Source: Escherichia phage CMSTMSU
Direction: 5' to 3' (one strand)
Length of the DNA stretch: 64,000 nucleotides
Sequence record: MH494197.1
The notes under the pieces are model-generated. The model worked only from the letters and a program-made list of their open reading frames with translations. It ran no database searches and was not told the origin of the DNA. A program made the translations under genes and the position numbers. This document shows, in pieces, positions 1 to 9,891 of this stretch. The stretch's first letter is position 1. Each line of letters opens with the position of its first letter.

Positions 1-356
1 ATTTGCACTGTGCATTAAATCACCTTTGTTTAAATTACAAAAGTACTGAAAACTGTTCTTAAAAGAATGTACTGATATTACAAAATCAAATTCCATCACT
101 CTTCCCTAGATTGAAATGATTACTAAAATTAGTTTCACCAGTTTTACACCATTTATCTATACATTCCCTGTGAATGCATTTAATTCTACGCTGGATTTCA
201 ACAATCTCTTCTAATGTACAGATGTACTTTTGTCAAATACTAATGACTCCTGAAATAGTGCAGCATCATCCATTAAGGTATAGTCCAGCATATCGGTTGC
301 TTTACAACTAAATCCAGTACCAAGATCCATTAAATAAAATTGTGAATTCCAGAACT

Positions 357-551
357 TTATAACCTTGCCCTTGTGTAGTTTAAATCACCTTTGTACAAAT
401 TACAACACGTAATCAACTCACCCGTGTACATCCATGTCCCTATACAAAATTCTTTATATTTTATTTCCATCTTAATCTCTACTGTAATTAATAAGGTAAA
501 CTCCAATATAAGGAGCACGTTGGGGCGGGGTATTTTTGTTTCAGGAAACAT
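357..551 (-). CDS. hypothetical small protein (weak)
   Basis: Track ORF on the dominant coding strand; 3' end overlaps a repeated promoter-like motif, so uncertain. Confidence 0.25.
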   Translation of the reverse strand: MFPETKIPRPNVLLILEFTLLITVEIKMEIKYKEFCIGTWMYTGELITCCNLYKGDLNYTRARL

Positions 552-869
552 GAACTGTACTCTGAAAACACATTTTAAAACTTTATATTAAACATATACC
601 TTAACATGTTTTTCAGCGAAAATTTTTTGACCCCAGCGGCCTGTGAAAATGAAACGTCTCTATTTATTCAGCCTAGAAAGCTTGATTTCTTCAATCCTTT
701 TCATCGCACAAAGCCTTCGACTCGTCCTCTCGTACATATTCAATACTCGCTGTAATGCATTATCTGTATTATCTGAACTGCAATCTGAACCAAATATGTA
801 TCCTTCAAAATCGAATCCATCATGAATTCAAAACCTTTCACACTAAAGCAATATACCACTTCCGGCTCT

Positions 870-1070
870 TCAAACGTAATCATAATTCCAATCTGTCCCA
901 TCTAACCTTCTAAGATATCTTGCGTAAATTATTTCGAAATATCTGTGCAACGAAATTACGGATTGCTCATAATCATCATTCCTGTACATTGTGCATGTAA
1001 GAAAATCATTTAAACCGTAATCTAAACTGCACTTGAACTTCTCCTTTGCAACATCTCTAAAATTATCCAT
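870..1070 (-). CDS. hypothetical protein
   Basis: Track ORF in co-directional minus-strand gene block. Confidence 0.4.
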   Translation of the reverse strand: MDNFRDVAKEKFKCSLDYGLNDFLTCTMYRNDDYEQSVISLHRYFEIIYARYLRRLDGTDWNYDYV

Positions 1071-1243
1071 AATATGTCCTCTGCACAGCGTAGGTGTACT
1101 GTGAACTCAGCACCGTTAATAGGTAATCTATATTGTAAGCACGATTTCCTCGTTGACTAGCACGACTAGAATAAAGAATATTATCCACATATGTATTGAA
1201 CTGTTCTTCAAATAACTCTTTCATCAGCACCCTTTAACAACCT

Positions 1244-1600
1244 TTAACAACCTTTAACAACTTTTGAAATGTAATCTTCTAATACACCAATGTTCTTTGT
1301 ATTCGTTCGAACTAAAAGATAACTTAAATTCTCGAACTCCTGAACATAATGCTTAACAGCGTACATGCATCGTAATTCAAAATCTGTATGAACCGTTTTG
1401 TACTGAAATAACATCTCTTCTGATGCATCTAAAAGCTCTGTAGCTTGTTCTGTACTGAACTTAAAGGGATTCTGTACTCCTGAACTAAAACACTTTTGTA
1501 CGTTCGTCTGGACACCCTGTGATAGATATAATCCTGTACTACCATCTTGTGTTGATATCGAATTGAAACCATTACTTGCAACCATTAAATCTGAACTCAA
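1244..1600 (-). CDS. hypothetical protein, FQ-motif family
   Basis: Contains SEEMLFQYKTVHTDFE, matching the ExxFQ-YSLVHD core shared by >15 ORFs. Confidence 0.5.
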   Translation of the reverse strand: MSSDLMVASNGFNSISTQDGSTGLYLSQGVQTNVQKCFSSGVQNPFKFSTEQATELLDASEEMLFQYKTVHTDFELRCMYAVKHYVQEFENLSYLLVRTNTKNIGVLEDYISKVVKGC

Positions 1601-1806
1601 TACAAATAATAATTTATCTTCCTTATGAATTAATAAATCTGACTTCAGGATTTTATTCCTGTACTGGTTATATCACCTATACTAAGATTGTCACTGAACT
1701 TCTCAGCGTTGTTCGCAATGCTCTGGACAAGATTTTTAATCTCTTAATGGCACTTCTGTCTTTTTCTAATGTATCTAATAAACTCATTGAACTCATTGTA
1801 CTTTCC

Positions 1807-2151
1807 TTACATATTTGTACCGAACAAAACGGAACTTTGAATACCATTAATCGACACTTCATGTACATATATATTTTGTCTGAATACCTGAAGCAATTGA
1901 ACTAAACTTTGTTGCATAATAATATGCATCGCTACATTATCAAAGGCCGTTTCGTATTGGAATCGTGCAGCTTCATCTTCTATTAAATTCGGAACTTGGA
2001 CTGGATTCTCAAAATTTGTCCTTGTACTGAACTGTACATCATTGTCCTGTACCTTAATACCATATGAATTATCATTGTTATCAACTACATCAAATTCAAT
2101 TAAACTACCATCTTTACTGACGTTCACTATATACACTGAAAATCTACTCAT
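1807..2151 (-). CDS. hypothetical protein, FQ-motif family
   Basis: EDEAARFQYETAFD motif. Confidence 0.5.
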   Translation of the reverse strand: MSRFSVYIVNVSKDGSLIEFDVVDNNDNSYGIKVQDNDVQFSTRTNFENPVQVPNLIEDEAARFQYETAFDNVAMHIIMQQSLVQLLQVFRQNIYVHEVSINGIQSSVLFGTNM

Positions 2152-2194
2152 AATCCTATTTCCTTTAAATCTTCCAAAAATGTTTCATAATCAC

Positions 2195-2464
2195 TTAAGG
2201 AAAAAAGATATCCGTATCGATGTTCGCATCTAATACATTATACAAATTCTGCATCTGTAACACATCAGGAGCATCAATCAATGATTGCTGGAAATAGGCA
2301 GCTTCATCTTCTAAAATATCCCTGAATGTTCTCTCTCGTACTCTGTGGTGTACTGAATTGAATATTGATTTCTCATCCTTAAGCATTGGTAGGTATCGAA
2401 TGTACATGTGTTCTCTTAGCTCAGGACTGATGGAACCCTGAACTGTAACACGTATTCGAAGCAC
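2195..2464 (-). CDS. hypothetical protein, FQ-motif family (possibly one frame-disrupted gene with 2416..2703)
   Basis: EDEAAYFQQSLIDAPD motif; 49-nt overlap with upstream ORF in another frame. Confidence 0.45.
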   Translation of the reverse strand: MLRIRVTVQGSISPELREHMYIRYLPMLKDEKSIFNSVHHRVRERTFRDILEDEAAYFQQSLIDAPDVLQMQNLYNVLDANIDTDIFFP

Positions 2465-2703
2465 ATAGCAACATCCTGAAGGTAATTGGCACTGTAATTA
2501 TTGCTGTAAACAATCTTATGACTTCTGAACTCATCATCATTTCTGAACCAATTGTCACCTACTTTGGTGTACTTATGACTAAGCAATCCACCCTCTAACG
2601 CTTTGATGATCTTCAAAATGTTGTGTGCAAATGCATATGATGTATTGTACTTGGCCTGATACATGTGTGCCTCATCTGCCTCATTTGGCGTTAAAATATT
2701 CAC
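2416..2703 (-). CDS. hypothetical protein
   Basis: Track ORF, minus-strand block. Confidence 0.4.
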   Translation of the reverse strand: MNILTPNEADEAHMYQAKYNTSYAFAHNILKIIKALEGGLLSHKYTKVGDNWFRNDDEFRSHKIVYSNNYSANYLQDVAMCFEYVLQFRVPSVLS

Positions 2704-2875
2704 TGAAATGATTATAACACAAAAGCACCACTATGTTAAGCACTCTGTTGTCAAAATCATCTTGTGATGCAGGATGCAAGGACGCATTGATGTTAAAATT
2801 CACTATATCATTGTGGAATTGGTATGTGAACAAATCAAACTTCGTATGCCTTTGTTTGATATCATAGGCGGTCAT
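2681..2875 (-). CDS. hypothetical protein
   Basis: Track ORF, abuts next ORF. Confidence 0.35.
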   Translation of the reverse strand: MTAYDIKQRHTKFDLFTYQFHNDIVNFNINASLHPASQDDFDNRVLNIVVLLCYNHFSEYFNAK

Positions 2876-2876
2876 A

Positions 2877-3080
2877 TTATATATTCAACCCTTTAACAAT
2901 GGAAATAAATTCTTTGTATACATTTTCAGGTAAAGCTTTACTACCATAAAGAATACTAAATTCAGGTAACATATCCGAAATCTCTTTCGCTAAATTTATT
3001 TCATCCCTGAACATTTGCACAGGCATGATATCCTGTACCAATGATAACTGAAAGAAAAATGATTCAATATCTTCATGCAC
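2877..3080 (-). CDS. hypothetical protein, FQ-motif family
   Basis: ESFFFQLSLVQD motif. Confidence 0.45.
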   Translation of the reverse strand: MHEDIESFFFQLSLVQDIMPVQMFRDEINLAKEISDMLPEFSILYGSKALPENVYKEFISIVKGLNI

Positions 3081-3236
3081 CTCTGAATTTAAATAAATCT
3101 CTTCTGGAAACTGGGCTGTACTGTAATAATAAAATACATCAATTCTTTTTCATTATTTTGTACAAGAGGTAAATTTCTTTCGTCTCTCTTATTAATATTT
3201 GTTTTCCATGACTCAATGTTATTCGGAATCCAAAAC

Positions 3237-3482
3237 TCATAAGGTGTCTTCTCCTGAAATATTATCCAGCTTCAATCCATAATATTCACCTTCTCCGTAC
3301 TTTTGCTTCAAAACAATACCTGTACTACTAATGTTTACAATGTACGTATCAACAATCCCTTCTGTGCTAAAAGGAATATTTAACTCTGAACCTTCAGGGT
3401 ACTTAGCATTGAATGCATCTAATGCTTTACTTAGCACTGGGATTGCACTGGTACTGTACTTCATTAATTGGTCTATGATCAT
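3237..3482 (-). CDS. hypothetical protein
   Basis: Track ORF; 4-nt overlap with the next gene suggests translational coupling. Confidence 0.45.
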   Translation of the reverse strand: MIIDQLMKYSTSAIPVLSKALDAFNAKYPEGSELNIPFSTEGIVDTYIVNISSTGIVLKQKYGEGEYYGLKLDNISGEDTL

Positions 3483-3853
3483 TTTAATTCTGTAATCACT
3501 GCATTTACTGCACTTGATGCAAATAAACTGATATTTGAACGATACATATCGTACACTGTACTTTCTTTCTTGTGCACAATGAAATCATAAAGATCAACGA
3601 ATGCAGGAATAATAATCTTGAATGATTTATTTGGGTACGTCCCAAAATCAACTGTACTCAATTTTGCAACGAGCATAACAACAAAGATTTCTTCTGGACT
3701 ATGCAATGTACTGTACTGAAAATATTCCTCAGCACTCATGGCACTTATTGCATTTATATCTTGTGTTTGTAATGTAATATTAAGATATTCAAAAATAGAA
3801 TAAAACTCTGATTTTGTTTGTATTTTGTATTTGTCAATTGGGGTATCTCTCAT
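3479..3853 (-). CDS. hypothetical protein, FQ-motif family
   Basis: SAEEYFQYSTLHSPEE motif; start/stop overlaps with neighbours. Confidence 0.5.
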   Translation of the reverse strand: MRDTPIDKYKIQTKSEFYSIFEYLNITLQTQDINAISAMSAEEYFQYSTLHSPEEIFVVMLVAKLSTVDFGTYPNKSFKIIIPAFVDLYDFIVHKKESTVYDMYRSNISLFASSAVNAVITELK

Positions 3854-4104
3854 GAACCATAAACGATCTTGTCCATAAAAGGAATGATTGAATTTGGGGA
3901 AGCCAGAAATACTTCTTCACTATCAATATCCTTTAACTCAATTTGCATACCGGATGAATTGGCAATAATTAATTCATTAAAAATATAATGAACCTTGTGT
4001 ACAATCTCTTGTACTGAATTGAAATCATCTGGTATTTTAAAATTTTCCATAGGTATCTCCTTAAAATGATTACACATTGTACCATGCATTTGTACTCGTG
4101 TCAA
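3850..4104 (-). CDS. hypothetical protein
   Basis: Track ORF with coupled stop/start overlap. Confidence 0.45.
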   Translation of the reverse strand: MTRVQMHGTMCNHFKEIPMENFKIPDDFNSVQEIVHKVHYIFNELIIANSSGMQIELKDIDSEEVFLASPNSIIPFMDKIVYGS

Positions 4105-4120
4105 ACAAAAAGCCCATATC

Positions 4121-4618
4121 TTACGATACAGGCATGTTTATTTGAATTTCATTGTACAAATCATCAATATATAGACATGAAAACGATAAACTTTCTTTAA
4201 CTATATTGTTGTGATAAAGCATTTTAAATGCAATATAGAAAAATAAATCAATATCATCATGTACTAAATTCTGCTGGAACCACCACTCTTCTGTTAAATC
4301 TTGTGCATTAAAATCATCAGGAACTACAATTGACGACATATCAGCATCTTCTTTGTACTCAAACCACATGTCGTCATTTGGATAACGTTCATGCTTCTCT
4401 GGGTAACAATTGCTGGGATTAAATGCTAAAATATAAAATGCCGTCGCAGAATGTTCTTTATTATAAAATGAATTATTCCACACCTGATACCTTTCACCAA
4501 CATCAAACTCTTTTGATACTGATGTTATTGCACATAATGTACGATATATTGTTTCTATTTTGTGAACAAATTTAAAGGCTGCATCTAAACTGAACTCTAA
4601 ATCAGACATGCGGTGCAT
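4121..4618 (-). CDS. hypothetical protein, FQ-motif family
   Basis: EEWWFQQNLVHDD motif. Confidence 0.5.
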   Translation of the reverse strand: MHRMSDLEFSLDAAFKFVHKIETIYRTLCAITSVSKEFDVGERYQVWNNSFYNKEHSATAFYILAFNPSNCYPEKHERYPNDDMWFEYKEDADMSSIVVPDDFNAQDLTEEWWFQQNLVHDDIDLFFYIAFKMLYHNNIVKESLSFSCLYIDDLYNEIQINMPVS

Positions 4619-4938
4619 AAAATTACCTCAACTAAAATAAGAACGGTATTGAATTCGAGGCAACCTTTGATACCTTGATTGTACATGTACTTTGCTACTA
4701 CATATTTCTGTACTAAATTATAATTATTAAATTCCTCAAAATTGTAATTTAGAATGAAATTTGTACTCAAAAATAACTTATGCATCTCTAATGCACTCTG
4801 ATAATATTTGTACAACTCACTGATATCAATACTTTGTAAATCACTTTGTTCATATGTATGATAAGGAATGGCGTCAATATCAATATTATTAAACCATTCT
4901 CTTAACTTATTAATATCAAATGTATTATTCAGCTTCAT
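4597..4938 (-). CDS. hypothetical protein
   Basis: Track ORF, minus-strand block. Confidence 0.45.
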   Translation of the reverse strand: MKLNNTFDINKLREWFNNIDIDAIPYHTYEQSDLQSIDISELYKYYQSALEMHKLFLSTNFILNYNFEEFNNYNLVQKYVVAKYMYNQGIKGCLEFNTVLILVEVILCTACLI

Positions 4939-5071
4939 AACTCAATACCTCCATTAAGCACTCATAAACACCATCAATCGCATAAGCACAAAACTGAAAT
5001 TAATTTTGTTATTCTTGTGTAATGGACTATCGTGTACTGTACTCAACATAACACTATAAAACAAAGAACGT

Positions 5072-5500
5072 TCATGTGTAAATAATGATTCCTGAAAAAT
5101 GCTTCCTCTGATTTAATTTTATTATATTCAATCGATTGATCATTAGAATAAAATGAATCTTGATTTGAATTGTACCATGTGTAATCCAAATCATTCTTTG
5201 ATATAACTGGTGTTGGATTAAACTGTAAAAGACTAATAACACTACGGGCATTTGGGGTATCAGGTGTATTGAATCGTTTATCAAAATGACTCGTGCACGC
5301 AATATGTGAATCAAAATCAGATGGTTTAAACCCCATGAATGCGTTAATGATTCTTGTATATGGTTTTTATTATGTGCTGCTTTCTGTACATTATATAAGG
5401 CTGCAACAATACAAGCTAACTTTTGTCCCATAAGGATTGCATTAGCGTAGGTGTACTGAATTTCATTGTACTCATTGCTTTCATTGTACTTCGAGATCAT
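5072..5500 (-). CDS. hypothetical protein (alternative frame 5043..5336 suggests frame disruption)
   Basis: Two overlapping same-strand ORFs in different frames. Confidence 0.35.
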   Translation of the reverse strand: MISKYNESNEYNEIQYTYANAILMGQKLACIVAALYNVQKAAHNKNHIQESLTHSWGLNHLILIHILRARVILINDSIHLIPQMPVVLLVFYSLIQHQLYQRMIWITHGTIQIKIHFILMINRLNIIKLNQRKHFSGIIIYT

Positions 5501-5690
5501 GGAACAGCCTCACTTTGCCTAACTCGTCATTGGATATTAATTCGTTAACAGCTTTTTGTATATTCTTTAATAATAGCACATCAAATCCTTTTGTGTCAAG
5601 CACACATTGCATTTGGAAGAATTCTTCTTCTGATAATGTATTAAAATCCACAAAATTGTCTAATATTACGTCATTATCCAAATGTGCCAT
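5481..5690 (-). CDS. hypothetical protein, FQ-motif family
   Basis: TLSEEEFFQMQCVLD; close paralog of 5818..6129. Confidence 0.55.
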   Translation of the reverse strand: MAHLDNDVILDNFVDFNTLSEEEFFQMQCVLDTKGFDVLLLKNIQKAVNELISNDELGKVRLFHDLEVQ

Positions 5691-5817
5691 GTGCCATGTA
5701 TTTCTTTCGAGCGTTTAATAAAATTCCATCCATCTGGATAATCGGGTTCTAATTCTACATATATCCCCGATACTGTATAAAGCATTTTATATATCATAAC
5801 TATTGTACTCATTGTTT

Positions 5818-6129
5818 TCACTGTACGTCGATGTCATAATACGCTCCTACCTCATAATCTTTCTTGCTTTGGAATTCATTAACGACTTTCTGTATATTTC
5901 TTAATGTTACCATGTCATGTCCGTACATGTCAACCACCAATTGCATTTGGAAAAATTCTTCTTCAGATAATGTATTAAAATCTATAAAATAATCCGTAAC
6001 AACCTGTGCGTCTAAATTTGCCATGTACCATTGATTGGTATCGACCTCTTTAACCAAATTCCATGCATCTGGATCGGATTCTAATTCTACATATATTAAT
6101 GTTAATGTATAAAGCATTTTATACTTCAT
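5818..6129 (-). CDS. hypothetical protein, FQ-motif family (starts MKYKMLY)
   Basis: TLSEEEFFQMQLVVD; part of a duplicated two-gene cassette. Confidence 0.55.
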   Translation of the reverse strand: MKYKMLYTLTLIYVELESDPDAWNLVKEVDTNQWYMANLDAQVVTDYFIDFNTLSEEEFFQMQLVVDMYGHDMVTLRNIQKVVNEFQSKKDYEVGAYYDIDVQ

Positions 6130-6463
6130 AACTATATCCTTGCATTAATAAATCATAAACGTTTGAAAGGTGCGGAATTTTGATATAAAATTTAAAACCC
6201 TTAATTAAAGGATTCGCGTACAATGAACTGAATAACTTTAGATAATGTATTTGACGAGGACTGTATAATAACGATTTCTGAAATAATTCAGCACTACAAT
6301 CTGAACTAATATCAATTAAATCAATTCGTGCTTCTACTTCATCATCTTGTTTCAAAACATAAAAGAAATAATCGTTTGTGTTGACCCACAAATACCCTTC
6401 ACTATTTTCGTATATAACAGGAGATGCTTGTTCTGGATTGCCTTGGCAAATGCTGCAAAACAA
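6119..6463 (-). CDS. hypothetical protein ending ...LLMQGYSYEV
   Basis: Paralog of 6700..7014 (identical C-terminus), SAELFQKSLLY motif. Confidence 0.5.
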   Translation of the reverse strand: MFCSICQGNPEQASPVIYENSEGYLWVNTNDYFFYVLKQDDEVEARIDLIDISSDCSAELFQKSLLYSPRQIHYLKLFSSLYANPLIKGFKFYIKIPHLSNVYDLLMQGYSYEV

Positions 6464-6699
6464 ACTTTTGCATTACTTTCATCTTTAAACATAAACGATA
6501 ATTTATCATATCTATCTTCTATGCGTAAATCACCTATAAAATGTACTTATGCATAGAATGATTATTCTTGAGCATAAGCATTACTGTACTAATCTTGTGT
6601 GCTAATAATTCTATCTCATTCATATATTATTACCTATTGATTGATACATCGTCATTGTCTTCTAATTCAACATAAATCATATCTTTTGTATAAAGCATT

Positions 6700-7014
6700 T
6701 TATACTTCATAACTATATCCTTGCATTAAAAGATCATAAGCAATATCAACTAATTCTAAACGAATGAAAAATTTTAAATTATCTTTCAATGGATTCAAAT
6801 GCATTGTACTAAACAACATAAGATACTTCATTTGATTTGTATTGTATATTAGGGATGTCTGGAATACTTCTGCTTCATTGTAAGGATCAATGAATTTTAT
6901 ACCTTCTTCACTGTAATCCGTTTTGGAATTCTGATATATAAAATAATCATCACCAGCATTGTACCACAAATAACCTTCAAAACTGGAATCAAATTCTGAA
7001 TTTTCATTTCGCAT
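6700..7014 (-). CDS. hypothetical protein ending ...LLMQGYSYEV
   Basis: Paralog of 6119..6463; followed by a truncated MKYKMLYT copy. Confidence 0.5.
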   Translation of the reverse strand: MRNENSEFDSSFEGYLWYNAGDDYFIYQNSKTDYSEEGIKFIDPYNEAEVFQTSLIYNTNQMKYLMLFSTMHLNPLKDNLKFFIRLELVDIAYDLLMQGYSYEV

Positions 7015-7259
7015 TAAAGGTGATACTGAAATTGGATTTGAACCAACTGTTGCACAAACCTCAATGAAAGCATCTTCATTTCCTTAACTTCTTCTTTGAT
7101 TTTATCATTGTACTGACCTGCAAAACCAGCTTTCACTTCCAAATATAAACTACTCCCAACTTTATTAATTCTTAAAAGGGAACTCTGTACTGTATTCGCA
7201 TTGTTCAGCACTAACGATATTGTGCAAATCTTATGTACCAATAACTCAATATCATTCAT
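7014..7259 (-). CDS. hypothetical protein
   Basis: Track ORF. Confidence 0.4.
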   Translation of the reverse strand: MNDIELLVHKICTISLVLNNANTVQSSLLRINKVGSSLYLEVKAGFAGQYNDKIKEEVKEMKMLSLRFVQQLVQIQFQYHL

Positions 7260-7270
7260 ATTGGTATTCC

Positions 7271-7486
7271 TTAATTTGGTGGATTTGGATGTAATAACTG
7301 ATCTATATAATTTAAATGTTCTATTGTAACTAATGAAAGATAATAATTGTAATTATCTATACCACCCTTTAAATGTATATTGTAATACATCTTGATACTT
7401 ACTAATAAAGAATCATTTAAATCATTTATTGCTTTTGTATTAACGGTTTTCATTAATGTTCTTCTCTTAAAAACGCTTAATGGCAC
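7271..7486 (-). CDS. hypothetical protein
   Basis: Track ORF. Confidence 0.4.
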   Translation of the reverse strand: MPLSVFKRRTLMKTVNTKAINDLNDSLLVSIKMYYNIHLKGGIDNYNYYLSLVTIEHLNYIDQLLHPNPPN

Positions 7487-7626
7487 AATCTAAATAAAAA
7501 TCATAATACATCATATCTCTATTCTTAACCCATACACAATAATCTGCATTAATATTTCTTAATAATATATTCATATTATAATCTTCACACCCTAATCGTG
7601 CCATTTAATAGGATACTCCGTTCCAT

Positions 7627-7839
7627 TTATTGTATAAGATATAATCCATCCGTAATGAATAGGATGATTTTTGTCTGAATCAGGAATAAAATATAAAGAT
7701 GTACTGGGTTATAACTGAATAAATCGTTGTTACCAATTGTAAAATGTGATAACTCAATCTTCCTTGTACCTGTACTTGGACGAAGAACATTCTTAACACC
7801 GAAGACTGTACCTTGATATTTCTCGGAAAATTCAAACAA
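7627..7839 (-). CDS. hypothetical protein
   Basis: Track ORF. Confidence 0.35.
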   Translation of the reverse strand: MFEFSEKYQGTVFGVKNVLRPSTGTRKIELSHFTIGNNDLFSYNPVHLYILFLIQTKIILFITDGLYLIQ

Positions 7840-7964
7840 TGCATCTGCAATTAAATCACGAAACTCCGCATGTATGGTTTCAAAAAATCTATATTACACG
7901 ATGTTTTAATATCCTTGAACTCCTTATATAAAGAGCTTCTTGTATTCAAAAGAAATATTACTTT

Positions 7965-8165
7965 TTAAGATCCTGAACTATTTCTGGATTCATATTCATT
8001 TATCTCATTCTGTAACTTAAGCATCAAAATTTGCATATTAATTTTTTGTACAAGGTGATTGAGAAATTTCTGTACTGTATCTTCTTGTTCTTTTGACCCA
8101 AGATAAAATAACATATTAAATTCCGATAACCTCAGAGCAAAATCTTCCTCTCCCCTCGTAAACAA
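7965..8165 (-). CDS. hypothetical protein, LGT-motif family
   Basis: LFYLGSKEQEDTVQKF resembles the LGTNYQE core. Confidence 0.45.
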   Translation of the reverse strand: MFTRGEEDFALRLSEFNMLFYLGSKEQEDTVQKFLNHLVQKINMQILMLKLQNEINEYESRNSSGS

Positions 8166-8199
8166 AAATCCCTGTACTTTGAAGCGTACAAATATTGGT

Positions 8200-8412
8200 T
8201 TACCTTTTTATACCTTTGGGTCTGCATTGTATCTCCTTTTTCAAACACCTTATTAGATTATCAACGTATTGGTCCTGTACTATTGTCCCTAGATAAAATA
8301 ATACATCGAACTCTGATAATTTTATATTGAAAGGATCTACATATACATCTTTAATAAACTCTTTGTACTTCAAAATATATGCATTAGGTAAATTCTTATA
8401 TATCGATTTCAA
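8200..8412 (-). CDS. hypothetical protein, LGT-motif family
   Basis: LFYLGTIVQDQYVDNLI. Confidence 0.45.
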   Translation of the reverse strand: MKSIYKNLPNAYILKYKEFIKDVYVDPFNIKLSEFDVLFYLGTIVQDQYVDNLIRCLKKEIQCRPKGIKR

Positions 8413-8626
8413 TGATCCTCCCTGACATACCTTGTATTAGCTTATCATACATATCTAGCATTACTTTTTGAATACTAATTAATACTGGCATCGTGCAAAT
8501 ATCAATGTCGTATATTAAGCTGTACTGGAATAATTCCTCTTCCTGCATTTGTACTAAATTAGGTAAAAGATAATTGTCTGCCTCTTCATCCGGTACTTGA
8601 ATGCATAACGCCATCCTTTTGTACAA
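8396..8626 (-). CDS. hypothetical protein, FQ-motif family
   Basis: EEELFQYSLIYD. Confidence 0.5.
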   Translation of the reverse strand: MYKRMALCIQVPDEEADNYLLPNLVQMQEEELFQYSLIYDIDICTMPVLISIQKVMLDMYDKLIQGMSGRIIEIDI

Positions 8627-8712
8627 AAGAATGTCAATATCACCTAACTCTTCTGCATAACCAAAAATACATATACTGATGTTTTTGCTATATTAAATTT
8701 CATATTCTTCTC

Positions 8713-9063
8713 TTATATGTGGAATTCACATACGTGTTGAACAAAATTCTTTGGAAGATGACAATGTGTAATCATCTGCTTTTGTACTTCCTTCATATCT
8801 TCGAATGTAAATCCTAAAGAATCATCATGTACTAACAAGTACTGAAACTCTTCTTCTTCAGAGATAGAACATAAATTCGGTACTGAAATTGTGTTTGTTT
8901 TTCTTGCACCTAATTTCCAATGAAAAGAATTATTGCATTTTCTGTACTCAAATATCTTCAACCCAGAACCTGTATTAAAATCAGCTACTACAATGTAACA
9001 TGAATTCTTACGTACAATACAATTGAACTTACGCATTATCTCCACCTCTCTCCGTCTGTACAA
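8713..9063 (-). CDS. hypothetical protein, FQ-motif family
   Basis: SISEEEEFQYLLVHDD. Confidence 0.5.
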   Translation of the reverse strand: MYRRREVEIMRKFNCIVRKNSCYIVVADFNTGSGLKIFEYRKCNNSFHWKLGARKTNTISVPNLCSISEEEEFQYLLVHDDSLGFTFEDMKEVQKQMITHCHLPKNFVQHVCEFHI

Positions 9064-9340
9064 GAGTACTGGTACGTTGTAGTTAGGGTAGGGACCATGT
9101 TTGTAATGGGCATATTATTAACAATAACGGTAACAGGCATAAGAATCGTCTCTTCTCTACTCTGTCCTGTCCTTGTGCAATTCATCTTTTGCATTTCATC
9201 GGACTCCATGAAATACAATACAAATGGTGCAATCCCAAGAACAATACACAAGACGATAAGGAAATTTAAAAATTCAACATAATTTTCTACCCTATGATTA
9301 ACGTACAGGTACTATATCAGTAATGAAAAGTACTGTCAAG

Positions 9341-9715
9341 CTAGTATTGCACTGTTCTAATGAAAGTACCTTTACTCATGGATTTAAGCTTATGAACCTC
9401 TTCCTGCATACCCTTAATTAACCCTAAAGGTATAGGTAAATCATGTACTAAGCTGTACTGAAAGTATTCTTCTTCAGATAAAGTACTAACATCTGGAATG
9501 CCAATTTTAGTTAGATAATCTTGATGTGTTGACCAATAAATTATATCTTCAGTACTATTGTACTCCCCATATACTGAACAATATTGATGAATATCTTTCC
9601 TGTACCCTTGAGCAATAAAGAACTTATCTACTGCATTACCAGCATTAATAGAATTCACTTCGATTGTCACAGTACTTGAGCTTGTTTTTCCTTTACTATG
9701 CATATTAATCCCCAA
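9341..9715 (-). CDS. hypothetical protein, FQ-motif family
   Basis: STLSEEEYFQYSLVHD. Confidence 0.5.
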   Translation of the reverse strand: MGINMHSKGKTSSSTVTIEVNSINAGNAVDKFFIAQGYRKDIHQYCSVYGEYNSTEDIIYWSTHQDYLTKIGIPDVSTLSEEEYFQYSLVHDLPIPLGLIKGMQEEVHKLKSMSKGTFIRTVQY

Positions 9716-9891
9716 ATTAGATATCGAACACTATCAGCTTGATAGTTAGTTCCTACTGTGTGTTTTAATATTAACTCATCTTTCAGTACTGAACATTCTG
9801 CATTAGATATAGGAAGAGAATTAATTCTTTGAATTTCTGGTCGCAAAATACCGCGAAGCTTGCGGTAATCTTCGTATGATAATATTTTCAT
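9667..9891 (-). CDS. hypothetical protein
   Basis: Track ORF. Confidence 0.4.
   Translation of the reverse strand: MKILSYEDYRKLRGILRPEIQRINSLPISNAECSVLKDELILKHTVGTNYQADSVRYLIWGLICIVKEKQAQVL

Noticed and set aside
391-591. Plus-strand track ORFs inside the minus-strand early block (391..591, 1576..1905, 2042..2233, 5515..5718, 6347..6556, 9097..9282, 15631..15855)
   Set aside because: They lie antisense to contiguous, family-supported minus-strand genes with coupled start/stop overlaps, and have no SD or promoter context. The interval 551-870 is ambiguous (643..825 plus versus a frame-broken minus gene) and was left uncalled.
5600-9500. Resemblance of the ExxYFQ core to potyviral protease cleavage sites (E-x-x-Y-x-Q | S/G)
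   Set aside because: Likely coincidental short-motif similarity; there is no protease gene and the context is bacterial/phage. Treated as a family signature only.
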